Shown: positions 1-8,409 of the stretch, in pieces
Numbering within the stretch: the first letter of the stretch is position 1
How the letters are laid out: every line of letters begins with the position of its first letter
NCBI GenBank assembly: GCA_963663195.1
Contig: OY760136.1
Coordinates: 4,286,300 to 4,350,299 of the forward strand
Source: Vicinamibacterales bacterium
GTDB lineage: Bacteria > Acidobacteriota > Vicinamibacteria > Vicinamibacterales > UBA8438
DNA: 64,000 bases
Direction of reading: 5' to 3'
Translations under genes and position numbers: made by a program
Notes under the pieces: generated by a model
Database searches by the model: none
What the model was told of the DNA's origin: nothing
Seen by the model: only the letters and a program-made list of their open reading frames with translations

Positions 1-2
1 AG

Positions 3-1010
3 GTGGGTGCCGTGTTGCGGCGGGCGCTGGAGGCGGCGTGCGATCGGGCGCAGGCGCGGCGGGCGGCGGCAGACGACGGCGCCTATTCCGAGGCGTCCGA
101 TGTGGCGGCGGTAGAGGAAGAGTTGGCGCCGGCGTTCGCGCACCGGCAGGCGGACGCGATAGGCGTGATTGCCGAGTGCGCGCTGGCCGGCGGCCTTGAC
201 CGGGGGACCGCGGGTGACCGCTACCAGGTGGTGCTGCACGTGGACGCCGGGGCGCTGGCAGAAGGGCCAGACGTTCCCGCGGTAACATCCGAGTGCGCGG
301 AGCCGGAAACCGAGCGGGGCACGGGCGGGCGGTACGTTCCCGCGGGAACGCCGACAGGTGGCGGCATGCTTCGCCGGTCTTCACAACCGTGTCCCGGACC
401 GAACGGCGCGGCCACCCCCAAACTGGCCGCGTGCAGTCAGACCGTGCTGGAGGAAGCCGGCGGCATCCACGTCTCGGCCGAGACGGCGCGGCGGCTGGTG
501 TGTGAGGCGGCGATAGTCGAAATGCAGCACGGTGCGGGCGGTGAGATCCTGGATGTCGGCCGCAGGACACGGACCATCTCGCCGGCGTTGCGGCGGGCGC
601 TGGCGGCGCGCGACGGGCAGTGCCGGTTCCCGGGCTGCCAGAACCGTCGCTGTGATTCGCATCACATCGTGCACTGGGCCGACGGCGGGGAGACGGCGCT
701 CGACAACCTCGTGCTGCTGTGCCGGCGGCATCACCGGGCGGTACACGAGGAGGGCTTCCGCATCACGCTTGACGCAGCGGGGGAAGTGGAGTTCATGCCG
801 CCGAACGGACGGCCGTTCCCGGTGGCCCCGCCGCCGCTGCTGTGGACAGGCGCGCCGCTGGCTCCCGTGACGGAACGGCTCGGTCAGGACGGAATTGAGA
901 TCGGCGCACAGACGGCCACCCCGGCTTGGCGGGGCGAGCGGCTAGACATCGAATGGGTGGTCGGTTTGTTGTGGCGGCCGCGGCCGGACGGGTCAGCGGA
1001 CTGCGAGTGA
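3..1010 (+). CDS. HNH endonuclease, DUF222/13E12-repeat-like, probably 5'-truncated by the window edge
   Basis: The ORF runs from the window edge. It has a C-terminal HNH motif, CRFPGCQNRRCDSHHIVHWADGGETALDNLVLLCRRHHRAVHEEGF. The upstream part looks like the DUF222 region (IHVSAETARRLVCEAAIV). Confidence 0.7.
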   Translation: MGAVLRRALEAACDRAQARRAAADDGAYSEASDVAAVEEELAPAFAHRQADAIGVIAECALAGGLDRGTAGDRYQVVLHVDAGALAEGPDVPAVTSECAEPETERGTGGRYVPAGTPTGGGMLRRSSQPCPGPNGAATPKLAACSQTVLEEAGGIHVSAETARRLVCEAAIVEMQHGAGGEILDVGRRTRTISPALRRALAARDGQCRFPGCQNRRCDSHHIVHWADGGETALDNLVLLCRRHHRAVHEEGFRITLDAAGEVEFMPPNGRPFPVAPPPLLWTGAPLAPVTERLGQDGIEIGAQTATPAWRGERLDIEWVVGLLWRPRPDGSADCE

Positions 1011-1098
1011 GACGCACTGCTTCAACTAGGACGCTAACCCAACATCGTCCAGAGAATCTCGCCTTTCAACGCGATTGCTTCCACCGCCTTCGTGACCG

Positions 1099-1326
1099 TC
1101 AGTTCCCGCTCAGGAGATTGAGGAACTCTTCCCGTGTCAGGCCGGCGTCGCGGATCAGCGCTCTCAGCAGACCCCGGCCCAGTTCGCGGTGCTTCGGTAC
1201 CGAGAGCCGCCGGCCGGTTGGCCCAATCAGAATCATGTGGCTGCCTTCCGTGCGATCGAGAGAGAATCCGACCCGGGCGACGATCGCCGCGAAATCGTCT
1301 CCCGAGAGAACGGGGAGTCGCGGCAC
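1099..1326 (-). CDS. hicA: HicA-family mRNA interferase toxin
   Basis: The in-frame GTG at 1326 gives (M)PRLPVLSGDDFAAIVARVGFSLDRTEGSHMILIGPTGRRLSVPKHRELGRGLLRALIRDAGL, a typical HicA N-terminus with the GSH catalytic-His context. It starts 3 nt after the hicB-like stop. The longer ORF-track start at 1470 overlaps hicB and was rejected. Confidence 0.75.
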   Translation of the reverse strand: MPRLPVLSGDDFAAIVARVGFSLDRTEGSHMILIGPTGRRLSVPKHRELGRGLLRALIRDAGLTREEFLNLLSGN

Positions 1327-1328
1327 GG

Positions 1329-1883
1329 CTACGACCCCACCTCGATGACCTGAAACTCCGACGAAGGGGGCAGAGCGACATTGTGCTCCCGCAGACTCGC
1401 CAGGTAGCCTCTGATCGCTTCCCGGACGTTGTCGAGCGCTTCTTGCCTCGTCCGTCCCTGGCTGTGGCACCCAGGGAGCGTCGGACAGCTCGCCACCTCC
1501 CAGCCGTCCTCATCCGTCTGGAACACCACCAGCAGTCTGCGGACCGCGCTGCTCTCCCGATTCGTAGTTCCGGGATCGACTAACGAGGCAGGCTCGCCGT
1601 TGGTAGGGGTCGGGTTTCCCACGGCCGCCGGCGCTGGCGCCGGGTCCTCGAAAATGTCAAAACCGAGCCGCGAGAGAATTCGATGCGCGTCCTGCGCCGT
1701 GAAGCCTACCGGCGGCAAGCCGGTAACGAGCCGCAGGACTTGCTTGATCGGGAAACGCTGTCCGTGGAGCTCGACGAAGTACTTGTTCCGTCCATCGGTC
1801 GGCGCCGGCGGAACTTCGCGCGTCGCTCTGTGAATGTCGGCTACGGTGATCGCAAGTGCCATGCCGCGGAGCGTGAAGTTCAT
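1329..1883 (-). CDS. HicB-family antitoxin domain fused to an unrecognised N-terminal ~80-aa domain
   Basis: The C-terminal part, LLVVFQTDEDGWEVASCPTLPGCHSQGRTRQEALDNVREAIRGYLASL, matches the HicB/UPF0150 fold signature. The ATG at 1883 is preceded by GAAGGAGGA with about 7 nt spacing. A Pro/Ala-rich linker separates the N-terminal domain. Confidence 0.7.
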   Translation of the reverse strand: MNFTLRGMALAITVADIHRATREVPPAPTDGRNKYFVELHGQRFPIKQVLRLVTGLPPVGFTAQDAHRILSRLGFDIFEDPAPAPAAVGNPTPTNGEPASLVDPGTTNRESSAVRRLLVVFQTDEDGWEVASCPTLPGCHSQGRTRQEALDNVREAIRGYLASLREHNVALPPSSEFQVIEVGS

Positions 1884-1993
1884 ATAAGTTCCTCCTTCTT
1901 TCTATTACTTTCATCGGTAATGCAGCAATTGTCAACCCGGTCCAGCGTGTTTCCCCGCTCACGTATAGTTGAAGGGAGAACGAGGTTCGACAC

Positions 1994-3163
1994 ATGCATG
2001 AGACCGTCGCTGCGGCACCACCCCTGACCCGCCTGTCGGAAGACGAGGACTTGCTGCGCGCCAACGTGCGCGCGTTCGCCGCCGCGGAAGTGGCGCCGCT
2101 GGTGCGCGAGATGGATGAGCAGGCGCACATTCCCCGCGCGCTTATCGACAAGATCTTCGATCTCGGCGTGATGTCCGTGGAAATACCGGAGAAGTTCGGC
2201 GGCGCGGGAGGCCACTTCTTCCTGTCCGTCATCGCCGTGGAGGAGCTGGCGCGCGTCGATCCGTCGGTCGCCCTCGTTGTGGACGTCCAGAACACGCTGG
2301 TGATCAACGCGCTCTTGCGCTGGGGCGGCGACGACGTCAAGCGCCGCTTCCTGCCGCGGCTGGCGGGGGGCGCGGTCGGCGCCTATGCCCTCTCCGAGGC
2401 GGGCTCCGGAAGCGACGCATTCGCGCTGGCGACCCGCGCCGACGCCGACGGCGACGACTTCGTGCTGAACGGACGGAAGTTGTGGATCTCCAACGCGGAG
2501 GAGGCCGAGCTGTTCATCGTCTTCGCCAACGCCGCACCGGAGGACGGCTACCGCGGCATCACCGCCTTCCTCGTCGAGCGCGCGACGCCCGGATTCAGCG
2601 TCGGCAAGAAGGAAGACAAGCTCGGCATCCGCGCCAGCAGCACCTGCGAGCTGCTGCTCGACGACTGCCGCGTGCCGCGCGACAACATCCTCGGCGAGCT
2701 CGGCCGCGGCTACAAGGTGGCTATTGAAACGCTGAACGAGGGACGCATCGGGATCGGCGCGCAGATGGTCGGACTCTCGCAGGGGGCGCTCGACCACACG
2801 CTTGCCTACGTGCAGGAGCGCAAGCAGTTCGGCCAGCCCATCAGCGCCTTCCAGGGCGTGCAGTTCCAGCTCGCGCAGGCGGCGACCGAGCTCGAGGCGG
2901 CGCGGCTGATGGTCTACAACGCGGCGCGGCTGCGCGACGCCGGCCGTACCTATCTGACCGCGGGGGCGATGGCCAAGCTGTATTCGTCGCAGGTCGCGGA
3001 GCGCGTGACGTCGCTCGCCGTGCAGCTGTTCGGCGGCGTCGGCTACACGAAGGACTATCCGATCGAGAAGCTGTACCGGGACGCCGTCATCGGCCAGGTG
3101 TACGAAGGCACCTCGAACATGCAGCTGCAGACGATTGCGAAGCAGATTCTGGCTGGCGGGTGA
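1994..3163 (+). CDS. acyl-CoA dehydrogenase (short/branched-chain type)
   Basis: Full-length ACAD architecture of 389 aa. The C-terminal catalytic region is YEGTSNMQLQTIAKQIL and there is a typical GSDAFAL region. Confidence 0.9.
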   Translation: MHETVAAAPPLTRLSEDEDLLRANVRAFAAAEVAPLVREMDEQAHIPRALIDKIFDLGVMSVEIPEKFGGAGGHFFLSVIAVEELARVDPSVALVVDVQNTLVINALLRWGGDDVKRRFLPRLAGGAVGAYALSEAGSGSDAFALATRADADGDDFVLNGRKLWISNAEEAELFIVFANAAPEDGYRGITAFLVERATPGFSVGKKEDKLGIRASSTCELLLDDCRVPRDNILGELGRGYKVAIETLNEGRIGIGAQMVGLSQGALDHTLAYVQERKQFGQPISAFQGVQFQLAQAATELEAARLMVYNAARLRDAGRTYLTAGAMAKLYSSQVAERVTSLAVQLFGGVGYTKDYPIEKLYRDAVIGQVYEGTSNMQLQTIAKQILAGG

Positions 3164-3190
3164 GTGCCCGCGGCTCCGCGCCGCGGCGCC

Positions 3191-3688
3191 TCAACTTGCT
3201 AGCGTCCGCTCGAAGAGCGGCCGCAGGCGCTGCGCGGTGGCGCCCAGCTCTTCCGGCACGACGCGCGTGTCGGCCACCACTGTCATGAAGCTCGTGTCGC
3301 CGTCCCAGCGCGGCACCAGGTGCGCGTGCAGGTGCCCCGGCGCGCCGGCGCCGGCGGCGCGCCCCACGTTGATGCCGACGTTGATGCCGTGCGGCGCATA
3401 TGCCGCCGTCAGCACTTGCTCGGCCGCCTGCGCCAGCGCCGCCAGCTCAACCAGCTCGGGTTGATCCAGCCCGGCGAGCGTCGCCACGTGACGGCGCGGC
3501 ACGACCAGCAGGTGGCCGTTGCTGTAGGGATACTTGTTCAGAATGACGAAGCAGCGTGCGCCGCGGTGCAGGATGAGCGGCGAGGGCGGTTCGGCTTCGA
3601 GTGCGCCGCAGAAGATGCATCCGCCGCTGTCCCCGCTGCTTGCGCTCGTCACGTACGCCAGCCTCCACGGGGCCCAGAGACGTTCCAC
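3191..3688 (-). CDS. HIT-family protein (Ap4A phosphorylase/GalT-like branch)
   Basis: Histidine triad GHLHAHLVPRW and N-terminal LWAPWRLAYV. GTG start at 3688. Confidence 0.85.
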   Translation of the reverse strand: MERLWAPWRLAYVTSASSGDSGGCIFCGALEAEPPSPLILHRGARCFVILNKYPYSNGHLLVVPRRHVATLAGLDQPELVELAALAQAAEQVLTAAYAPHGINVGINVGRAAGAGAPGHLHAHLVPRWDGDTSFMTVVADTRVVPEELGATAQRLRPLFERTLAS

Positions 3689-3700
3689 GGCTAGAGAGAA

Positions 3701-4009
3701 TCAGGACAACGCCGCCCTGCCGGCCTGATCCCCCTCGCGGTTGATCAGCTCCTTCAACTCCTTGCCGGGCTTGAAGTAGGGCACGCGCTTCGACGGTACA
3801 TCCACCCGGTCGCCCGTCTTCGGATTGCGGCCCCGGCGCGGCTCGCGCCGCCGCAGGCGGAAGCTGCCGAAGCCGCGCAGCTCGATCTTCTCGCCCCGGT
3901 GCAGCGCTTCGACGATGCTGTGAAACACGGTATCGACGATGATTTCCGCGTGCTTCTTCGTGAGGTCGGCAACGCGCGCCACTTCCTCGACGAGCGCCGC
4001 CTTCGTCAT
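3701..4009 (-). CDS. ihfB: IHF/HU-family DNA-binding protein (IHF beta-like by synteny with cmk-rpsA)
   Basis: MTKAALVEEVA...ELRGFGSFRLRRREPRRGRNPKTGDRVDVPSKRVPYFKPGKELK. The ATG at 4009 has GAAGG upstream. The longer start at 4039 has no Shine-Dalgarno sequence. Confidence 0.85.
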   Translation of the reverse strand: MTKAALVEEVARVADLTKKHAEIIVDTVFHSIVEALHRGEKIELRGFGSFRLRRREPRRGRNPKTGDRVDVPSKRVPYFKPGKELKELINREGDQAGRAALS

Positions 4010-4060
4010 GCTGCCTTCGGTCAGGTGTGGTCCATTCATCGGCGGGGCGCTCGGGGACGG

Positions 4061-5776
4061 TTACGACCTCCGGTGCTTGAAGTGGTCACCCAGCGTCACT
4101 TCGGGTGATTCACTCGACGCATAGTTCTGCCAGTTGCTCTCGTAGTCGTCCGACTTCAGCGCGCGGACGCTGAGGCCAATCTTCCGCTCGGTCGGGCTCA
4201 ACTTGATGATCCGCATCTTTACCGTGTGGTCGACGACGACCTCCGAATCCTGTTCTCCCTGCCGCGCGTCGAACTCCGACACGTGAATCAGCCCCTCGAT
4301 CCCTTCGGAGAGCTCGACGAAGGCGCCGAAGTTGGTGACGCGGACCACCTTGCCCTCGACTACGTCGCCGACGTGGTTGTTCGCGAAGAACTCATCCCAG
4401 ATGTCCGTGGTGAGCTGCTTCAGACCGAGCGACAGCCGCTGCGTGTCGGGGTCGATGTTGAGGACCATGGCCTCCACCTCGTCACCCTTCTTCAGCACGT
4501 CGGACGGGTGGGCGAGCCGCTTGCTCCACGACATGTCGGAAACGTGGATCAGCCCGTCGATCCCGTCCTCGACCTCGACGAACGCGCCGAACTCGGTCAG
4601 GTTGCGCACCTTGCCGGAAATCCGCGCGCCGATCGGGTAGCGGTCGGCCAGATCGTGCCAGGGATTGCTCTCGATCTGCTTGAGGCCCAGCGAGATGCGC
4701 CGCGCTTCGGGATCGACGCCCAGCACCATCGACTCGACCGTATCGCCAATGGTCAGCAGCTTCGACGGATGCTTCACCCGCTTGCTCCACGACATCTCCG
4801 AAACATGTATGAGACCCTCGACGCCCGGCTCGAGTTCGACGAAAGCGCCGTAGTCCGTCAGGCTCACGACCTTGCCCGAAATCCGCTGGCCGACCGGATA
4901 ACCCTCGCTCACCGACGTCCACGGGTCGTCGTGGAGCTGCTTGTAGCCCAACGACACGCGTTCGGTCGCCGCGTCGTATTTCAGGACGATGACCTCCACG
5001 TCGTCGTTCACCTTGAACAGCTCCGACGGGTGCTGCGCCCGGCCCCACGACATGTCGGTCACGTGCAGCAGACCGTCGATGCCGCCCAGGTCGATGAACG
5101 CGCCGTAGTCCGTGATGTTCTTGACGACGCCCGCCATGATCTTGCCCTCGGCGATGGTGGCCAGCGTGTTCTTCTTCTTCTCGGCGTTCTCCTCCTCGAT
5201 CAGCACCTTGCGCGAGAGGACGATGTTGCCGCGCTTCTTGTTCGCCTTGATGACGCGCATCCGGAGCTCCTGGCCCTTCAGCGCGTCGAGGTTGCGGACC
5301 GGCCGCACGTCGATCTGCGAGCCGGGCAGGAACGCCCGGACGCCGATGTCCACGGCCACGCCCCCCTTTATCCGCTCGATGACGCGGCCGATGACGACGC
5401 GGCGCTCGGCGTACGCCTTCTCCACCTCGTCCCAAATCTTCATCTTCTCGGCCTTTTCGCGCGAGAGCACGATATGGCCTTCGCGATCCTCGGTGCGCTC
5501 CAGCAGCACGTCGACCGTGTCGCCCGGCTGCACCGTGACCTCCCCGTTCTCGTCGAGGAATTCCGTGATGGAGATGATCCCTTCCGACTTGTATCCGACG
5601 TCGACAATCACCTCGGAGGACGAAACCTTGAGCACCGTCCCCTCGATGACGTCCCCTTCGCTTATGTTGCGGAAGCTGCTGTCGTACATGGCCAGGAGCC
5701 GGGCGTACTCCTCCCGGTCCATCGATTCGTCGTCGCCAACGAAGCCGGCCGTAACGACGTCGTCTGGATTCGTCAT
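4061..5776 (-). CDS. rpsA: 30S ribosomal protein S1
   Basis: 571 aa with repeated S1 domains (GDVIEGTVLKV; GVVKNITDYGAFIDLGGIDGLLHVTDMSW; GKVVSLTDYGAFVELEPGVEGLIHVSEMSW, and others). Confidence 0.95.
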   Translation of the reverse strand: MTNPDDVVTAGFVGDDESMDREEYARLLAMYDSSFRNISEGDVIEGTVLKVSSSEVIVDVGYKSEGIISITEFLDENGEVTVQPGDTVDVLLERTEDREGHIVLSREKAEKMKIWDEVEKAYAERRVVIGRVIERIKGGVAVDIGVRAFLPGSQIDVRPVRNLDALKGQELRMRVIKANKKRGNIVLSRKVLIEEENAEKKKNTLATIAEGKIMAGVVKNITDYGAFIDLGGIDGLLHVTDMSWGRAQHPSELFKVNDDVEVIVLKYDAATERVSLGYKQLHDDPWTSVSEGYPVGQRISGKVVSLTDYGAFVELEPGVEGLIHVSEMSWSKRVKHPSKLLTIGDTVESMVLGVDPEARRISLGLKQIESNPWHDLADRYPIGARISGKVRNLTEFGAFVEVEDGIDGLIHVSDMSWSKRLAHPSDVLKKGDEVEAMVLNIDPDTQRLSLGLKQLTTDIWDEFFANNHVGDVVEGKVVRVTNFGAFVELSEGIEGLIHVSEFDARQGEQDSEVVVDHTVKMRIIKLSPTERKIGLSVRALKSDDYESNWQNYASSESPEVTLGDHFKHRRS

Positions 5777-5803
5777 GCTCTACGTGTTCCCCTCATTTTT
5801 TTA

Positions 5804-5927
5804 CTTGGGGCTGCGCCCCAAACCCCCGGCTGCCGCTAGCGGGGACCCCATAGCCCCGCGCCGCGCCTGCCGGGCCGCGCCGTGCGCGGCTTGGGGACAG
5901 CTGCGTCGATGCTCGCCGTCCCCTCCG
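5804..5927 (+). repeat. GC-rich multi-hairpin REP/MITE-like repeat, copy A (full)
   Basis: Sequence CTTGGGGCTGCGCCCCAAACCCCCGGCTGCCGCTAGCGGGGACCCCATAGCCCCGCGCCGCGCCTGCCGGGCCGCGCCGTGCGCGGCTTGGGGAC...GTCCCC. Internal hairpins are GGGGC/GCCCC, CCCCG/CGGGG, GCCGCGC/GCGCGGC and GGGGAC/GTCCCC. It recurs at the other listed loci. Confidence 0.85.
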
Positions 5928-5963
5928 TATGCAACCGTTCGATCGAACTACACGTCGTTGTTG

Positions 5964-6056
5964 CTTGGCGACTCGCCCCAAAACCCCGGCTGCCGCTAGC
6001 GGGGACCCCATAGCCCCGCGCCGTGCGCGGCTTGGAGGACCACTGCTCGCTCGTCA
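5964..6056 (+). repeat. REP/MITE-like repeat, copy B (internal ~19-nt deletion, diverged 5' end)
   Basis: CTTGGCGACTCGCCCCAAAACCCCGGCTGCCGCTAGCGGGGACCCCATAGCCCCGCGCCGTGCGCGGCTTGGAGGAC. It is in tandem with copy A and in the same orientation. Confidence 0.8.
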
Positions 6057-6136
6057 CGCCTTGCCAGCCGGGCGCCTGACCGGTCCCGGTGCTAAGCGGG
6101 GTTTCACCACGGACTGCTAATTGGTGTAAGCAAAGG

Positions 6137-6166
6137 ACTATACGATGCTTGTCGCCGGGCGGTCAA
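6137..6166 (-). promoter_or_regulatory. candidate sigma70-type promoter for rpsA
   Basis: The minus strand reads TTGACC-18 nt-TATAGT (-35 at 6166-6161, -10 at 6142-6137). It lies just downstream of the cmk stop and about 360 nt upstream of the rpsA ATG. Confidence 0.45.
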
Positions 6167-6217
6167 CAGGGACCGGCGGGCGCGTCGGGCCACCCGCCGC
6201 CGGCGCGTCCGCTGTCC

Positions 6218-6889
6218 TCAACCGCGTCCCAGGCAGGCCTTCACGATTTCCAGCACGCGGGCCACGACGGCCGCGATCGGCAGACCGGTCGTGTCCAGCA
6301 CCGTGGCGTCCGGCGCCCTGCGCAGCGGCGACGCGCGGCGCGTGCGGTCGAGATGATCGCGCGCCGCGAGCGCGTCGGCAACGACGTCGATGGCGCCCGC
6401 TTTCGACAACCCGTGGGCCGGATCGGTCGACCGGCGCTCGGCCCGCGCCAACGGCGAGGCGTCCAGATAGACCTTGACGGCCGCCTCCGGAAAGACCACC
6501 GTGCCGATATCGCGGCCCTCCATCACGACCGGCCCCACCGCCGCATACTGCCGCTGACGCGCCACGAGCGCCTCGCGCACCCGCGGCAGGCGCGCCACCC
6601 GGGCCGCCGCGTCGTCGATCTCGGGCGTGCGGATGGCGCCGGTCACTTCGTGCCCGTCGATCGCCACGCGCTTCGCGCCCACCTCGATCGCGGCGTTCAG
6701 GGCCACGGCCGCCACGCGCTCCTCGTCCTGCGCCTCGAGCGACAACCCGGCGTGGCGCGCCCGCCAGGCGACCGCGCGATACATGGCCCCCGTATCGACG
6801 TAAGGCCACCCCAATTCCTGCGCGACGGCCCTCGCAACGGTACCCTTGCCGGCTCCCGACGGCCCGTCAATCGCCACGACCGGATGCAT
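6218..6889 (-). CDS. cmk: cytidylate kinase
   Basis: MHPVVAIDGPSGAGKGTVARAVAQELGWPYVDTGAMYRAV (P-loop plus the cmk signature). Only the C-terminal 223 aa of the 654-aa track ORF are real. Confidence 0.9.
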   Translation of the reverse strand: MHPVVAIDGPSGAGKGTVARAVAQELGWPYVDTGAMYRAVAWRARHAGLSLEAQDEERVAAVALNAAIEVGAKRVAIDGHEVTGAIRTPEIDDAAARVARLPRVREALVARQRQYAAVGPVVMEGRDIGTVVFPEAAVKVYLDASPLARAERRSTDPAHGLSKAGAIDVVADALAARDHLDRTRRASPLRRAPDATVLDTTGLPIAAVVARVLEIVKACLGRG

Positions 6890-6897
6890 GGTTCCGT

Positions 6898-7770
6898 TCA
6901 CGCGGACGGCCGCTCCGGAGGGTCCGCGGCGAATGCCGCGGCGCGCAGCGCGGCCAGCTCCCGGGCCGACAGCTCTCGATACTCCCCGGTCTTCAGGCTG
7001 TGGGCCCGCAACGGACCGAACTGCACGCGCCGCAGCCGCAGTACCGGATGCCCGATCGCGCTGAGCATCCGCCGCACCTGCCGGTTGCGGCCTTCGCGCA
7101 GGACGATCTCGATGCGCGCCTGATCGGTGCGGCGCGCCCGGTGGCCGCCGATCAGGCGGACCTCCACCGGCGCCGTCCGGCGCCCGTCGAGGTGCACGCC
7201 CGCGCGCAACCGCCGCAGCTGCGCCTCGCCCGGAATGCCTCGCACCACCGCTTCGTACACCCGCTCGAGCGCGTGCCGCGGGTGGGTCAGACGTTCCGCC
7301 AGCGCGCCGTCGTTTGTCAGCAACAACAGACCCTCGGAATCGTAGTCGAGGCGACCCACGGGATAGACGTATTGGCGGACGCGCGGCATCAGGTCCAGGA
7401 CCGTCGTCCGCCCCTGGGGGTCGCTGCGGGTGGTGACCACGCCGCGCGGCTTGTTCAGGAGCATGTAACGCCGCCGCGCGCGCCGTTCGACACGGCGCTC
7501 GTCCACGCGCACGACGTCCCGCTCCGGATCGGCCCGCGCGCCGAGTTCCGTGACGACCTGGCCGTTGACGGTGACGCGGCGCTCGCGCATCAGCCGTTCC
7601 GCGGCGCGGCGCGAGGCGACGCCGGCGCCCGAGAGTATCTTCTGCAGCCGGACCTCCCCTGCTTGGGGCTGCGCCGCGGCCGCCGAGCCGCGCTGTGCGC
7701 GGCTTGGGGGACGGCTGTTGCTGTGCTCGTCGTTGTCCCCCTGTCTGATCCGTACAGGGTGTTTGGTCAC
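6898..7770 (-). CDS. rluB: 23S rRNA pseudouridine synthase, RluB/RsuA family (start uncertain)
   Basis: S4 domain [29 protein letters not shown] and catalytic motif [20 protein letters not shown]. The only canonical start is the GTG at 7770. A CTG at about 7645 preceded by GGGGAGG is an alternative. Confidence 0.85.
   Translation of the reverse strand: MTKHPVRIRQGDNDEHSNSRPPSRAQRGSAAAAQPQAGEVRLQKILSGAGVASRRAAERLMRERRVTVNGQVVTELGARADPERDVVRVDERRVERRARRRYMLLNKPRGVVTTRSDPQGRTTVLDLMPRVRQYVYPVGRLDYDSEGLLLLTNDGALAERLTHPRHALERVYEAVVRGIPGEAQLRRLRAGVHLDGRRTAPVEVRLIGGHRARRTDQARIEIVLREGRNRQVRRMLSAIGHPVLRLRRVQFGPLRAHSLKTGEYRELSARELAALRAAAFAADPPERPSA
7662..7741 (+). repeat. REP/MITE-like repeat, copy C (lacks the central module)
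   Basis: CTTGGGGCTGCGCC...GCCGCGCTGTGCGCGGCTTGGGGGAC...GTCCCC. It lies between the scpB stop and the RluB S4 domain. Confidence 0.75.
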
Positions 7771-7776
7771 GGGCTG

Positions 7777-8409
7777 CTAGTGGACCTGCTCGCCGGAGGG
7801 GTCCGCGGGACTGTCGGACGGCTCGAAGGGCAACGGCTCGGCGACCGGTCCGCTCTCCGCGGCGGCGGTCATGTCCATGCCGAGCGCCTCGGCCATGTCC
7901 TCCACCTTCGGCAGGTCGGAGAGATCGTTGAGTCCAAAACGATCGAGAAATTCGCGGGTCGTGGCGTACAGGAACGGCCGGCCGACCACCGCCTTGCGGC
8001 CGATCACCTTGATCAACCGCCGCTCGACCAGCGTCCCCAGGACGCCGGACGTGTTGACACCGCGGATGTCCGCAATCTCGGGCCCGGTGACCGGCTGGCG
8101 GTAGGCGACCACCGCCAGCGTCTCCAATGCCTGTACCGACAGGCGCTGTTTCGTATGCTCGTGGAACAACCTGCCGACCCATTCCGACAGCTCCGGACGC
8201 GTGACAATCTGATAACCGCCAGCCACCTCGACAAGCCGCAGGCCGCCGTCGCGCTCCCAGTCCCGGCGGACCGCGGCGAGCGCCTCCTCGACATGCTCAG
8301 GCGGTTCCTCGTCGAGAATCTTCAGAATCGTCTTCAGCGCCAGCGGCTCGGGCGACGCGAAGATGAGCGCCTCGACAATCGCCTTCAGGCTGCTCGTATC
8401 CTCAGGCAT
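7777..8409 (-). CDS. scpB: segregation and condensation protein B
   Basis: LKAIVEALIFASPEPLALKTILKIL...GGYQIVTRPE...ETLAVVAYRQPVTGPEIADIRGV. Confidence 0.9.
   Translation of the reverse strand: MPEDTSSLKAIVEALIFASPEPLALKTILKILDEEPPEHVEEALAAVRRDWERDGGLRLVEVAGGYQIVTRPELSEWVGRLFHEHTKQRLSVQALETLAVVAYRQPVTGPEIADIRGVNTSGVLGTLVERRLIKVIGRKAVVGRPFLYATTREFLDRFGLNDLSDLPKVEDMAEALGMDMTAAAESGPVAEPLPFEPSDSPADPSGEQVH

Noticed and set aside
1928-1969. TTGTCA ... TATAGT in the hicB/acyl-CoA dehydrogenase divergent spacer, considered as a promoter.
   Set aside because: The spacer between the hexamers is about 29 nt, which is incompatible with a sigma70-type promoter.
3164-3190. Palindrome GCGCCGCGGCGC between the convergent acyl-CoA dehydrogenase and HIT genes, considered as a bidirectional terminator.
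   Set aside because: It is a short stem with no flanking T/A tracts, so it cannot be distinguished from chance GC palindromes.
4226-5839. 537-aa ORF antisense to rpsA. Similar long antisense or out-of-frame ORFs are 7000-8547, 17581-19245, 24088-25956, 34570-36339, 39158-42181, 48021-50171, 56466-58856 and 60052-62262.
   Set aside because: They lie opposite or overlap genes with unambiguous family signatures. Their products are Arg/Ala/Gly/Pro/Asp-rich low-complexity sequence. This is typical of stop-poor frames in very GC-rich DNA.
5804-6056. The tandem ~100-nt repeats could be taken for a CRISPR-like array.
   Set aside because: The units are about 90-140 nt, imperfect, occur in both orientations across the window, have no regular spacer length and have no cas genes nearby.
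6218-8182. 654-aa ORF spanning cmk, rluB and scpB territory.
   Set aside because: Only the last 223 codons (from ATG 6889) encode a recognisable protein (cmk). The upstream part overlaps rluB and scpB in another frame. The same situation applies to 13751-15400 (only efp is real), 15650-16915 (only mpg), 19309-20940 (only P1), 25986-29030, 45454-47796 and 59608-62103.
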